Sequence record: SRR2962707_1678
Strand: one strand, 5' to 3'
Length of the DNA stretch: 48,781 nucleotides
Each line of letters begins with the position of its first letter. Positions within the stretch are counted from its first letter, which is position 1. Below the pieces are notes generated by a model that was not told the DNA's origin, did not search any database, and was given only the letters and a program-made list of their open reading frames with translations. The position numbers were made by a program, and so were the translations under genes. This document shows, piece by piece, positions 1-8,515 of the stretch.

Positions 1-65
1 GTCATTTCGAACGAAGTGAGAAATCTTTACCCAAATTATGCAAGGTAAAGATTTCCCCCTCAGTC
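1..65. repeat. REP/REPIN-like palindromic element (may extend beyond window start)
   Basis: GTCATTTCGA...GAGAAATCT at 1-26; perfect 12-bp inverted repeat GAAATCTTTACC (20-31) / GGTAAAGATTTC (44-55), just downstream of ric. Confidence 0.6.
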
Positions 66-92
66 CTTTTTAAAACAATTCATTCTAAATCA

Positions 93-830
93 TTACACCA
101 GAGCATCCGACTGCTCAAAGTACTCTTTGAATAATTCAATGGACTTTGGAAATAAGATGTTGTTTTCCAGGTGAATGTGCAAATGAAGATCCTCTTCAAA
201 TTCCTTCAGCAGGGCGTAGGTGACCCGGTAGGTCTGACAAGCATCGGAAGGCGGCTGATATTGGTTGGTCGTAGCTGCTATATTCCTGAAGCGCTCACCT
301 TCTTCAGCATGTTCATGCTCCATCAAGGCAATCGGGTTTTCAATGTGACCAAAATAGGGTTCTGAAAGAGGATATTTACTACCAGAAGCCTCTACAAGGG
401 ACTTGATAAAGGGAAACAAAACAAACTCCTCCTTTTCCATGTGGGCGGTCAAAGCAACAGCCGTTTCATCAAATAATTCATTTACCTGAAAAAGCTCAGG
501 GTGTCTTTCACCATGTACCTGGCATAGCTTGTTCAGATAGGTTTGTAATACAGGTATAGTTGACGTCACATAATCGTGATGGGTATTTACAATATGATCT
601 ATGAGTACGTCCAACTCCATTTTTTGATAATCGTTTTCCACAGGCATAGAAAGTATTTGAGCTATTTCCTTCTCAATTTCAGCAAGATCAACCTGTTTGT
701 TTTCACAAGCTTCTGCGAGCGGTATTCCACCATTACAACAGAAGTCAATTCCGTATTTAGTAAAAACACGAGCTGTTTTATAATCCTGAGCTACAATCTT
801 GCTCACTTTAGTTTTTCCGTAATTTTCCAT
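93..830 (-). CDS. ric: Iron-sulfur cluster repair di-iron protein (Ric/YtfE/ScdA)
   Basis: N-terminal GIDFCCNG (ScdA_N); hemerythrin-like motifs HHDY, HMEKEE, EHEH, HIHLENNILFP. Confidence 0.95.
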   Translation of the reverse strand: MENYGKTKVSKIVAQDYKTARVFTKYGIDFCCNGGIPLAEACENKQVDLAEIEKEIAQILSMPVENDYQKMELDVLIDHIVNTHHDYVTSTIPVLQTYLNKLCQVHGERHPELFQVNELFDETAVALTAHMEKEEFVLFPFIKSLVEASGSKYPLSEPYFGHIENPIALMEHEHAEEGERFRNIAATTNQYQPPSDACQTYRVTYALLKEFEEDLHLHIHLENNILFPKSIELFKEYFEQSDALV

Positions 831-845
831 AATATAAATAAGATT

Positions 846-865
846 TAAAGATGATAATATCCTTT
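846..865. promoter_or_regulatory. Candidate Rrf2 operator upstream of ric
   Basis: TAAAGAT-N6-ATCCTTT; half-sites are the exact reverse complement of the box at 1351-1370. Confidence 0.65.
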
Positions 866-878
866 AATAGTTAAAATT

Positions 879-1310
879 TTATTGTTTTAATACAACTTTA
901 CCTGATCGTAAGAGTTCAGTTAATTCATCCATTTCAGTATTATGTAACACACTCTTTAGGTTATCTTTTATTCCAACGAATTTATGATGAACAGGGCAGG
1001 GGCGTTCAGAAGAGCACTCCTGAAAACCTAGCACACAATTGGTCATAATCTTGTCACCATCTATTGCTTTTACAATATCTGCCAGTGTGATGGTTTTATT
1101 ATTAACCCGGGCAAATCCTCCATGGGGACCTCTAACAGAATTTAGCAAGCCTTGCTTCGTCAGTTGCTGTAACACTTTCGCTGTGAATGATACCGGCGAT
1201 TCAATGGCATCTGCAATTTCCTGAACGCCTGCCCAAGAGTTCGTTGAATAGTTCCTCTGCCAGAGGTAAACCATTACTTTTATGCCATATTCGCAGGTCC
1301 TGGAGAACAT
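879..1310 (-). CDS. Rrf2-family transcriptional regulator (Fe-S binding, IscR/NsrR-like)
   Basis: MFSRTCEYG start (ATG at 1310), SVRGPHGGF wing, C-terminal CVLGFQECSSERPCPVH Cys motif. Confidence 0.93.
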   Translation of the reverse strand: MFSRTCEYGIKVMVYLWQRNYSTNSWAGVQEIADAIESPVSFTAKVLQQLTKQGLLNSVRGPHGGFARVNNKTITLADIVKAIDGDKIMTNCVLGFQECSSERPCPVHHKFVGIKDNLKSVLHNTEMDELTELLRSGKVVLKQ

Positions 1311-1325
1311 ATCGATTGTTTTGAG

Positions 1326-1333
1326 CAAAGCTA
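1326..1333 (-). promoter_or_regulatory. Bacteroidota sigmaA -7 element for rrf2
   Basis: TAGCTTTG on minus strand matches TAnnTTTG, 16 nt upstream of the ATG. Confidence 0.6.
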
Positions 1334-1350
1334 AAAACAAATAACTTAAT

Positions 1351-1370
1351 AAAGGATAAATTTATCTTTA
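1351..1370. promoter_or_regulatory. Candidate Rrf2 operator (autoregulatory)
   Basis: AAAGGAT-N6-ATCTTTA imperfect palindrome over the expected -33 region of the rrf2 promoter. Confidence 0.65.
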
Positions 1371-1416
1371 ATTTTTTTTGAGAATATGTTTATCCTTTTT
1401 GAAATTCATTTGATAG

Positions 1417-1881
1417 CTACTTCTTCAACCGATTCTCTTTTCTTACCAGGGCTGCATCATATCGTTTTTTCTCTTCATCAGTCACAATTTCAAGGCTGGG
1501 TACTTTCACCGGGTTCCCTGATTCATTGATCGCCACAAAGGTGAATATCGCATCATTGGTCTTGTACATTTTCATATCTGGCAGGCTTGATGCCCATGCT
1601 TCTACAAAGATTTCCATTGAGGTATTGAATGCTCGGGTAATGCTGGATCGGATATAAACGGTATCTCCGGATCTGATAGGACCATCAAATGACACTGAAT
1701 CAATTGAAGCTGTAAGTGCCACGCAATGACCGTGTTTTTGAGCAGTAATTTCAGCTGCAATATCCATCCATTCCATCAGCATTCCTCCGCGCAAATACCC
1801 AAGAGGGTTGGTGTGGTTGGGCATGACGATGTAAGTAACATCGGTAACCGAATCCGCTACTTTTTTGATCTCATTTTGCAT
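1417..1881 (-). CDS. Acyl-CoA thioesterase (hotdog fold, YciA-like)
   Basis: VMPNHTNPLGYLRGG..MEWMD, FNTSMEI, FTFVA motifs. Confidence 0.9.
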   Translation of the reverse strand: MQNEIKKVADSVTDVTYIVMPNHTNPLGYLRGGMLMEWMDIAAEITAQKHGHCVALTASIDSVSFDGPIRSGDTVYIRSSITRAFNTSMEIFVEAWASSLPDMKMYKTNDAIFTFVAINESGNPVKVPSLEIVTDEEKKRYDAALVRKENRLKK

Positions 1882-1978
1882 ATTTAAAATACGTTTTGTT
1901 TCACTTCATATTAGTTTAACCATAGGTCAGATGATAGCCATTGTTCAGGCTATTATCAATTTAATGGATTGGTTCGTT

Positions 1979-3589
1979 TTATAGCGTCTCTATATGATTC
2001 TTTGATCTGTTAATATGATCTCTAGGTAATTCCATTTCTGACGCTTTTCTTGTTTTATAAAACGATCCCACACTCTTTTGACGTGCGATGGACTGGGAAA
2101 TAATGAGTTGTGCGACTCGAGCGAGGTTGCGTAACTCTGAGGAAGCTAATGTGACTTCATGGGTTTGATAATAGTCCTCGACTTCTTCCTGAATATCTTT
2201 CAGGTTAAGAGAAGCCTGAACAAGCTGGTGGTCATTACGACGAATGCCAGCATTCCTGCCGAGGATCGACTGAATCCTTTTCTTCCTGACGTGAAGGAAT
2301 GCAGAGTTTTCTGTTTGACTAGCTGGTTTTTGTTGCATAGCAGTAGCATCATTGTAGGTGAAATTTGGAATACCTTTCAAGTGAGTCAACGTTTCTTCCG
2401 CACAAATGTGGGCGAAAACCATAGCCTCAAGAAGTGAATTGGAGGCTAGTCTATTCGCACCGTGCATACCAGTATTTGCACATTCGCCACAAGCTAGTAA
2501 ACGACGAATGGATGTTTGAGCTTTTTCATTTACCTCAATTCCCCCACATAAATAATGCATAGCCGGACGTACGGGTATAAGGTCTGAAGTAAAATCTAAA
2601 CCATCATTTGATAATTTTTTTACTATGCCTGGAAAATGGTTTTTAAATGCTTCTTTATTCAGATGCCGACAGTCCAGGTATACATAGTCAACTCCTGTTT
2701 CATTTATTTCCGCTTCAACAGCCTGAGCCACACTGTCCCTGCAGGCCAGTTCGCCCAAATCGTTGTAACGGTACATAAATCGCTCTTGTCTGTTGTTCAG
2801 TAAGTGAGCACCAAAACCTCTTACTGCCTCTGATATGAGGAAGAAAGGGCATTCTTCCTCTTTTGAATAGAGTGCTGTTGGATGAAATTGGACAAATTCC
2901 ATACCAGTCACTTGTGCGCCTGCCCGGAAAGCTATGGCTATGCCATCTCCAGTGGCAATTGTCGGATTGGTTGAATAGGGGTAGGCCTGACCTATACCAC
3001 CAGTGGCAAGAATGGTCATTGGAGCTTGAAAAACTTGTACTTTTCCGGTTTTTACATTTAAGGCATAGGCACCACAACACATGTTGCCATTTAGATCTTT
3101 TTCAGTGATCAGATCAAGAGCCTGTTGATAGCTGAAGAGTTCAAGGTTAGGTAAGGCAATTGCCCTCTGCAGTAAGGCACGCTGTATTTCCTCCCCGGTT
3201 TTGTCTTTATGATGAAGAATGCGCGGTGCTGAGTGGCCACCTTCTCTTGCCAGGTCGTAAAGATTGGCGGATGATTGATCAAAGCATACTCCTAAATCGA
3301 TCAATTCATAAATACGTTTTGCACCCTCATTAACCACCATTCTTACAATCGATTCATTGCATAATCCCGCACCTGCACGGAGGGTATCTTGTACATGTTC
3401 CTCTAGCGTGACTTGAGATTTCGTTAGCGTTACCGCTACACCACCCTGTGCCATTCTGGTATTGGATGTGTTTAAATCTGATTTTGTGAGGACAGCCACA
3501 CGAGCCTTTCTTTCGGCTGTCGCAACCTCAATCGCGCTCAATAGCCCCGCTATTCCTGAGCCGATGATGAGAAGATCGTATGTTTTCAT
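1979..3589 (-). CDS. nadB: L-aspartate oxidase
   Basis: GSGIAG FAD motif, MAQGG, REGGHS, QFHPT, SEAVRG, HYLCGG, HGANRLASNSLLE; start placed at MKTYD (3589), 5 bp after nadA stop. Confidence 0.95.
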   Translation of the reverse strand: MKTYDLLIIGSGIAGLLSAIEVATAERKARVAVLTKSDLNTSNTRMAQGGVAVTLTKSQVTLEEHVQDTLRAGAGLCNESIVRMVVNEGAKRIYELIDLGVCFDQSSANLYDLAREGGHSAPRILHHKDKTGEEIQRALLQRAIALPNLELFSYQQALDLITEKDLNGNMCCGAYALNVKTGKVQVFQAPMTILATGGIGQAYPYSTNPTIATGDGIAIAFRAGAQVTGMEFVQFHPTALYSKEEECPFFLISEAVRGFGAHLLNNRQERFMYRYNDLGELACRDSVAQAVEAEINETGVDYVYLDCRHLNKEAFKNHFPGIVKKLSNDGLDFTSDLIPVRPAMHYLCGGIEVNEKAQTSIRRLLACGECANTGMHGANRLASNSLLEAMVFAHICAEETLTHLKGIPNFTYNDATAMQQKPASQTENSAFLHVRKKRIQSILGRNAGIRRNDHQLVQASLNLKDIQEEVEDYYQTHEVTLASSELRNLARVAQLIISQSIARQKSVGSFYKTRKASEMELPRDHINRSKNHIETL

Positions 3590-3594
3590 TCTTA

Positions 3595-4527
3595 TCACAT
3601 TGCACACATTCGTTCCAATGGTTCTTTTGCCTGGCTGATCAACTGTAGATCCATCCTGATTTCCGGGGTTTCCAGCATCAGACATGCATATAATTTTTCC
3701 AGCGTGTTTACTTTCATATAAGCACATTCGCTGCATGCGCAGCTGTTGTCTGCTTTTGCAGGAGCAGGAATCAGCCGTTTGTCAGGTGCCTTTTTTTGCA
3801 TTTCATATAAAATCCCTGCTTCAGTGGCTACTATGTACGTACTGGCTGTATCTGATTCAACAAAGTCGATCATTTTGCGTGTAGAACCGATGAAGGAGGC
3901 CGCCTGAAGTAGGTGATCTTCACTTTCGGGATGAGCAATGATTTTGGCTTCCGGATATTGTTTGAAGACAGCTAAGAGCTTGTCAATACTGAATGCTTCA
4001 TGTACAACACAACTTCCGTCCCATAGTACCATCTCTCTTCCTGTTTGTTGAATTAGATAATGACCCAGATTTCGGTCCGGTGCAAAAACGATGGGTAGAT
4101 CTGGAGGTATAGAGGCTATCACTTTCTCAGCATTGGCTGAGGTACATACATAATCGCTCATGGCTTTGATCTCTGCTGAGCAATTGATGTAAGTGACCAC
4201 CACATGATCGGGATAGTTATCCAAAAAATGGCGAAAAGCTTCCGGTGTGCAATGATCAGCAAGTGAACATCCTGCCGAGAGGTCAGGAAGTAGTACCTTC
4301 TTACCCGGATTCAAGATCTTTGCCGTTTCCGCCATGAATTTAACACCTGCAAACACGATGATTTCAGCTTCGGTCTTCATGGCTCTTTTGGACAAATCCA
4401 GGCTATCTCCGATATAATCAGCAACATCCTGTATGGCTGACTCCTGGTAGTAATGTGCCAGAATGATTGCATTTTTTGCCTCGGCTAACGCTCTTATTTT
4501 TTCCTGATCTGTGTTCAACTTTCCCAT
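3595..4527 (-). CDS. nadA: Quinolinate synthase
   Basis: ILAHYYQ, GDSL, AGCSLA, YINCSA, SCVVHE, AHPE, C..MK motifs. Confidence 0.96.
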   Translation of the reverse strand: MGKLNTDQEKIRALAEAKNAIILAHYYQESAIQDVADYIGDSLDLSKRAMKTEAEIIVFAGVKFMAETAKILNPGKKVLLPDLSAGCSLADHCTPEAFRHFLDNYPDHVVVTYINCSAEIKAMSDYVCTSANAEKVIASIPPDLPIVFAPDRNLGHYLIQQTGREMVLWDGSCVVHEAFSIDKLLAVFKQYPEAKIIAHPESEDHLLQAASFIGSTRKMIDFVESDTASTYIVATEAGILYEMQKKAPDKRLIPAPAKADNSCACSECAYMKVNTLEKLYACLMLETPEIRMDLQLISQAKEPLERMCAM

Positions 4528-4545
4528 ACTTGTTGAATTAGTTCG

Positions 4546-6342
4546 TCAAATAGAAAGGGTTTTTGTATCGTATCTTGCCGCCTGGGTCATCACCTGCATT
4601 TGTGCGAATTCAAGAAAATTCGAAAATGCTTGAGCTTCCGATTTGGATACGTTCAATTTTTTATTAACCAGATGTTGGTAATAAGTTATTCCGTCTTTCA
4701 TGTTAGATACAAATGTCTGAATCTTCTTTTCTGTTCTGGTCGTGCCTGCATCCAGAAATTCATCAACCATTTTCTTTAATTGATCGAGATAAAGCCCAAG
4801 TTCTTTCATGAACATATGTGGTCGGTCTTTTCGAGACATGATATTGGCACGGCCGTATATGTGATCAACCATCTCTTTCAGGGTGACAGCTTTATCAAAA
4901 TATGCGGTATTTGGCCCGGGGCATACGGAAACTCCATTGCCCTCATGCTTTGTATTCAATTTGTTCTCATGTAAAAAAGAGGTGGTCAATCCCGTGCAAA
5001 TGCAGGCTTTTTCAGTGATTTTCTTATAAGCACTTTGAAACGCTTGTTTTGTAAGCCCTTGACCTTCCAATTCTTTGATTTTTAGGCTCTGATATTTTCT
5101 GGATGCTGTACAGATGGGTTTTTCTGTAAACTCTGTATTGAATGAAAGGTGTTTTTTTATACATGGACTTCCAGGCCTTCCTTGTTTGATTAGCTGATGC
5201 TTTTCCTGGTCTTTAGTATTGGACCTCAAATTGTGAAAGGGGACGCCTAAAGGGGATATCCCGCTAAGGTAGAGATCCTTTTCTTTAGCATTTTTAATCA
5301 AATTTCTTGTATGATCATCAACACATGTTGCTTCCTTAACCAAAAGAAAGGGGGAGCCCCAGCCAACTGCGTCTAGTTCATAATGATCCAGGAGAAACTC
5401 ATGCTCATTGGCAGTGCCCACTCCTCCTTGTGCAGTAATTTTCAAGGTAGGTATTTCAGATAATTTCGCATGGCCTTTTTCTATTAGTGCTTCCTGGTAT
5501 ACCTCATATATCGCTTGAGTAAGGGACGCTCGCTCGTTTTTAAATTCTTCCAGAATCGGACCCATTAGGTATCCTTCTGTTCCGAACGCATGCCCACCAC
5601 AGTTGAGCCCTGATTCTATTCTGAATTCGGAAACCCAAAGTCCTTTTTTTGCCAAAAACTTTCCCTGAATCATAGCAGACCTGTAATCATTTACCTTCAG
5701 GATTATTTTCTTTTTGAAATCCCCGTTTTGATTTGGATAAAAGTCATTAAACTCTGACAAATAACTGTACAATGAGGGGTTAAGTCCAGCAGATAGAACG
5801 AGAGAGGACTGTAGCTTACTGGCTGCAAAACCTTTTACAGAGGCATGTGCATCGTTGTAGCTCTTTGGCAAGGGCTTTCCTTTTACGTAGTTAGCCTTAT
5901 CCAGTTTGGTCATGATATTTACATCAATTGAGCCTGGTTTAGCCTGTGTACGGGCATATTGGATAACATCATCTGAAGAACCCTGTGTGGCTAATGCTAA
6001 ATAACCCTTTTTAACCCTCGATTGATCAGGTAGCAGCTCAAAGTATTGGACGGCCTCTTGTAAAGAACAGGATTGTTTGAATTTAGCAAAATTCCTGTCT
6101 ACAATTTCCTTTACAAGGTTAAGGTATGAAGTAATCCGTTTGGCTCGTGCATCACTGGCATGGTCAGTGATGGGAGTGTAAGCGATTTTGTACTTATCGC
6201 TGTATGATTTTCTGACCTTCTCTAAAATCCCATCTTCTACGATAGAAATTACTGAATTGATTCCAAAGGAGGCAACCTTAATAGGTGTATCTATCGTAAA
6301 GGCGATACCCATTACCGGTATATGAAAGTTATGTATATACAT
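4546..6342 (-). CDS. Conserved hypothetical protein; probable FMN TIM-barrel oxidoreductase (nitronate monooxygenase/FabK-like) with Cys-rich C-terminal part
   Basis: 598-aa ORF; ESGLNCGGH, AQGGVG, GWGSPFL resemble NMO/FabK motifs; Cys in GSPC, PICTAS, ACICTGL, VCPGP. Confidence 0.55.
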   Translation of the reverse strand: MYIHNFHIPVMGIAFTIDTPIKVASFGINSVISIVEDGILEKVRKSYSDKYKIAYTPITDHASDARAKRITSYLNLVKEIVDRNFAKFKQSCSLQEAVQYFELLPDQSRVKKGYLALATQGSSDDVIQYARTQAKPGSIDVNIMTKLDKANYVKGKPLPKSYNDAHASVKGFAASKLQSSLVLSAGLNPSLYSYLSEFNDFYPNQNGDFKKKIILKVNDYRSAMIQGKFLAKKGLWVSEFRIESGLNCGGHAFGTEGYLMGPILEEFKNERASLTQAIYEVYQEALIEKGHAKLSEIPTLKITAQGGVGTANEHEFLLDHYELDAVGWGSPFLLVKEATCVDDHTRNLIKNAKEKDLYLSGISPLGVPFHNLRSNTKDQEKHQLIKQGRPGSPCIKKHLSFNTEFTEKPICTASRKYQSLKIKELEGQGLTKQAFQSAYKKITEKACICTGLTTSFLHENKLNTKHEGNGVSVCPGPNTAYFDKAVTLKEMVDHIYGRANIMSRKDRPHMFMKELGLYLDQLKKMVDEFLDAGTTRTEKKIQTFVSNMKDGITYYQHLVNKKLNVSKSEAQAFSNFLEFAQMQVMTQAARYDTKTLSI

Positions 6343-6380
6343 TCTGTTTATTTTCTACGATTAACTGTAATACTATTGTA

Positions 6381-8387
6381 CTAAATGACACATGTATCAT
6401 TATTGCAGAATTTTTCTACCTCTGCATCTTCCTCATGGTTTACGTACTGGATAGGTTGAAGCCTGGAGGCCATTTCCACATATTTCTCACGGGTGATCGC
6501 CTCATAAGGCATTTGAGCGTATGCACCTACTTCCAGCTTCGGTAGGAAGCTGATCGATTTGAGCGAATATTTAAAATAGTCGAGGATAGGGGCAATCTGG
6601 TTGGCTTCCTCCGGTTTGAAAGTGACCGTGCAGGATACCTGATTGTCCGACCAGTAGGTCTGCAAAAACGTTGCTAGACTTACCTGTTCCCAAATGCTCA
6701 CATCCTTTTGGCTCCTGCCTTGATTATGGACTGGGAAGGATACAACCACGGAGGAATTATCCATCACGTCATCTTCAATGTCGAGTCCTGCTTCCTCTAG
6801 TGCTGGTACTAGGGCAGAGGTTTTAGCGATACGCACCCTACGAATGTAATAGTCAAACTCAGGAAAGTGGCAACCGGGATTTACACCAGCCAGTAAACTT
6901 ACTGTTCCTGAGGGTTTTACGCTGGTAGTTTTGATACTACGAGGGACACACAGCCAGGAGGAATAAATTTCATCCCATTTTTGGATTTCGTTGTAGCCGT
7001 CTTGCAGCCAGTCTCTTAGTGTTTCGAGCGAGTTCCTGTCTATGAAATTCGTTACACCCGTTACTGAAGTGCCTATTCTTCGATTACGTTTTTGCACTCT
7101 GTTGGTCTGATGCCAGGTAGTGGAAACAAGAGTAGCTGTTTTGCCTACCATGTATGCAAACTTCAATGTCCGTAAATAGTCAGCTTTTGACTCTGCACGA
7201 GACGGGAAAGTTTCTACGAGACAACATAGCTCAAAGCTTTCCAGTGATTGCTCGCCACAAGGATTGGTGCCCTTGGCTTTTGAGTCTTTGTAATCAGCCG
7301 GATCACACAGACGGGAAAACGCTCTGATGTTGTCCATAAAAATGTAGCCGGGCTCACCATTGATAGCCGTTTGCTGTGCCACTTCTTCAAAGTCGGTTTG
7401 ATTATCTACAAAAACGCTGTTGTTGGATGCCCATCCATAGGCAGCTCGTTCTGCTCGTGAACCAGTGTAGGTTTTCTTTTCTGCATCCCAGCTGTAGTCT
7501 TTTAGTTTTTTGTATTCTTCATTATCCACATTTCCTAAAGCAATCTGGGCGGTACGACGGACATTCCCAGCTACCACACATTGTCCGATCATATTCATAA
7601 TGTCTGTGATAGCTGTAAGACTGATGTAGGTGTCATGAGACTGCTCCAATACCTTTCGTACCTGCTCATGTAACTGTTCCAATGGTTCATAGCCACTAGA
7701 GATTCCGCCAAATCCTTTAATAGGTACTCCGGCTGGTCGGATTTTACTGTAATCGAAACGAAGGGTAAATCCTGGTGTACCAATGAAGTGTTGTTGAAAG
7801 TAGGAGGCAAGTAATCTTCGGAGGCTCTCCACCCAACCTTCTCGTGTATCCGGGATGATGAACACTTCTTCTTCAGTCTGAGGTTTATAAACTTTCAAAC
7901 GCTGTGCACCGGCCACATCGAAACCAACTCCCACACCCACCATACTCATATCCATCATAAAGGTGAAAGGCATGGTAGCATCTTCCAGCGATTTTCCTAT
8001 TTGGTCGGTAGAAACAAATGCACAGTTGAATAATGCTTGACCTACTTTCTTTTCATGTATGATGGGTGTCCCCATGGCCCAAAGCATTCTACCAGGTGGC
8101 AAGAATTTCATTTTAAACATACGATCGAACATTTCCTGAGCAGACTTCTGCGCCTTGTTATCATTCCATCCAAGATCATTGTTTAGGATGTATTCCTTTT
8201 GAAGTGAATAGCAACCCTCAACCACGCGTCTTACCGTCTCAAACCATTGTTCATTTGTTCCATCTTCTTTAAGGCGTGAATAGGTACGGTAATAGGTAAG
8301 TAGTCCAAGGCCATTGAAGCCAAATTGGGGGTCTGTATTGCTATATTTTTCTACAAAATCATCGGTTAGTTTGAAGTTCAGCTGCAT
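6381..8387 (-). CDS. nrdJ: Class II (adenosylcobalamin-dependent) ribonucleotide reductase, monomeric RTPR-like type
   Basis: RTYSR, PPGR, LFNCAF, TNPCGEQ, ELCCLVE, TTSVKPSGTVSLLAG, C-terminal CNNDTC redox tail. Confidence 0.93.
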   Translation of the reverse strand: MQLNFKLTDDFVEKYSNTDPQFGFNGLGLLTYYRTYSRLKEDGTNEQWFETVRRVVEGCYSLQKEYILNNDLGWNDNKAQKSAQEMFDRMFKMKFLPPGRMLWAMGTPIIHEKKVGQALFNCAFVSTDQIGKSLEDATMPFTFMMDMSMVGVGVGFDVAGAQRLKVYKPQTEEEVFIIPDTREGWVESLRRLLASYFQQHFIGTPGFTLRFDYSKIRPAGVPIKGFGGISSGYEPLEQLHEQVRKVLEQSHDTYISLTAITDIMNMIGQCVVAGNVRRTAQIALGNVDNEEYKKLKDYSWDAEKKTYTGSRAERAAYGWASNNSVFVDNQTDFEEVAQQTAINGEPGYIFMDNIRAFSRLCDPADYKDSKAKGTNPCGEQSLESFELCCLVETFPSRAESKADYLRTLKFAYMVGKTATLVSTTWHQTNRVQKRNRRIGTSVTGVTNFIDRNSLETLRDWLQDGYNEIQKWDEIYSSWLCVPRSIKTTSVKPSGTVSLLAGVNPGCHFPEFDYYIRRVRIAKTSALVPALEEAGLDIEDDVMDNSSVVVSFPVHNQGRSQKDVSIWEQVSLATFLQTYWSDNQVSCTVTFKPEEANQIAPILDYFKYSLKSISFLPKLEVGAYAQMPYEAITREKYVEMASRLQPIQYVNHEEDAEVEKFCNNDTCVI

Positions 8388-8425
8388 AGGATTATCGTTT
8401 TTAATGAAGGAAAGTTGTTACGGGT

Positions 8426-8433
8426 CAAATATA
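8426..8433 (-). promoter_or_regulatory. Bacteroidota -7 promoter element for the nrdJ run
   Basis: TATATTTG on minus strand about 40 nt upstream of nrdJ ATG. Confidence 0.6.
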
Positions 8434-8455
8434 TGTAAACTTTTTATTAATGATA

Positions 8456-8475
8456 AAAAGATGTTTATATCTTTT
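8456..8475. promoter_or_regulatory. Candidate Rrf2 operator between divergent nrdJ and GNAT promoters
   Basis: Perfect palindrome AAAAGAT-N6-ATCTTTT with the same spacing as the boxes at 846 and 1351. Confidence 0.65.
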
Positions 8476-8489
8476 ATTAAAATAGTTTC

Positions 8490-8497
8490 TAAGTTTG
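8490..8497 (+). promoter_or_regulatory. Bacteroidota -7 promoter element
   Basis: TAAGTTTG 18 nt upstream of the ATG at 8516. Confidence 0.6.
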
Positions 8498-8515
8498 CAT
8501 GACTAATGAAACACG

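Noticed and set aside
3590-3736. N-terminal extension of NadB
   Set aside because: It overlaps nadA; the FAD-binding motif begins right after the Met at 3589.
8388-8515. Cobalamin riboswitch upstream of nrdJ
   Set aside because: The region is only 128 bp, AT-rich, and shows no B12-box.
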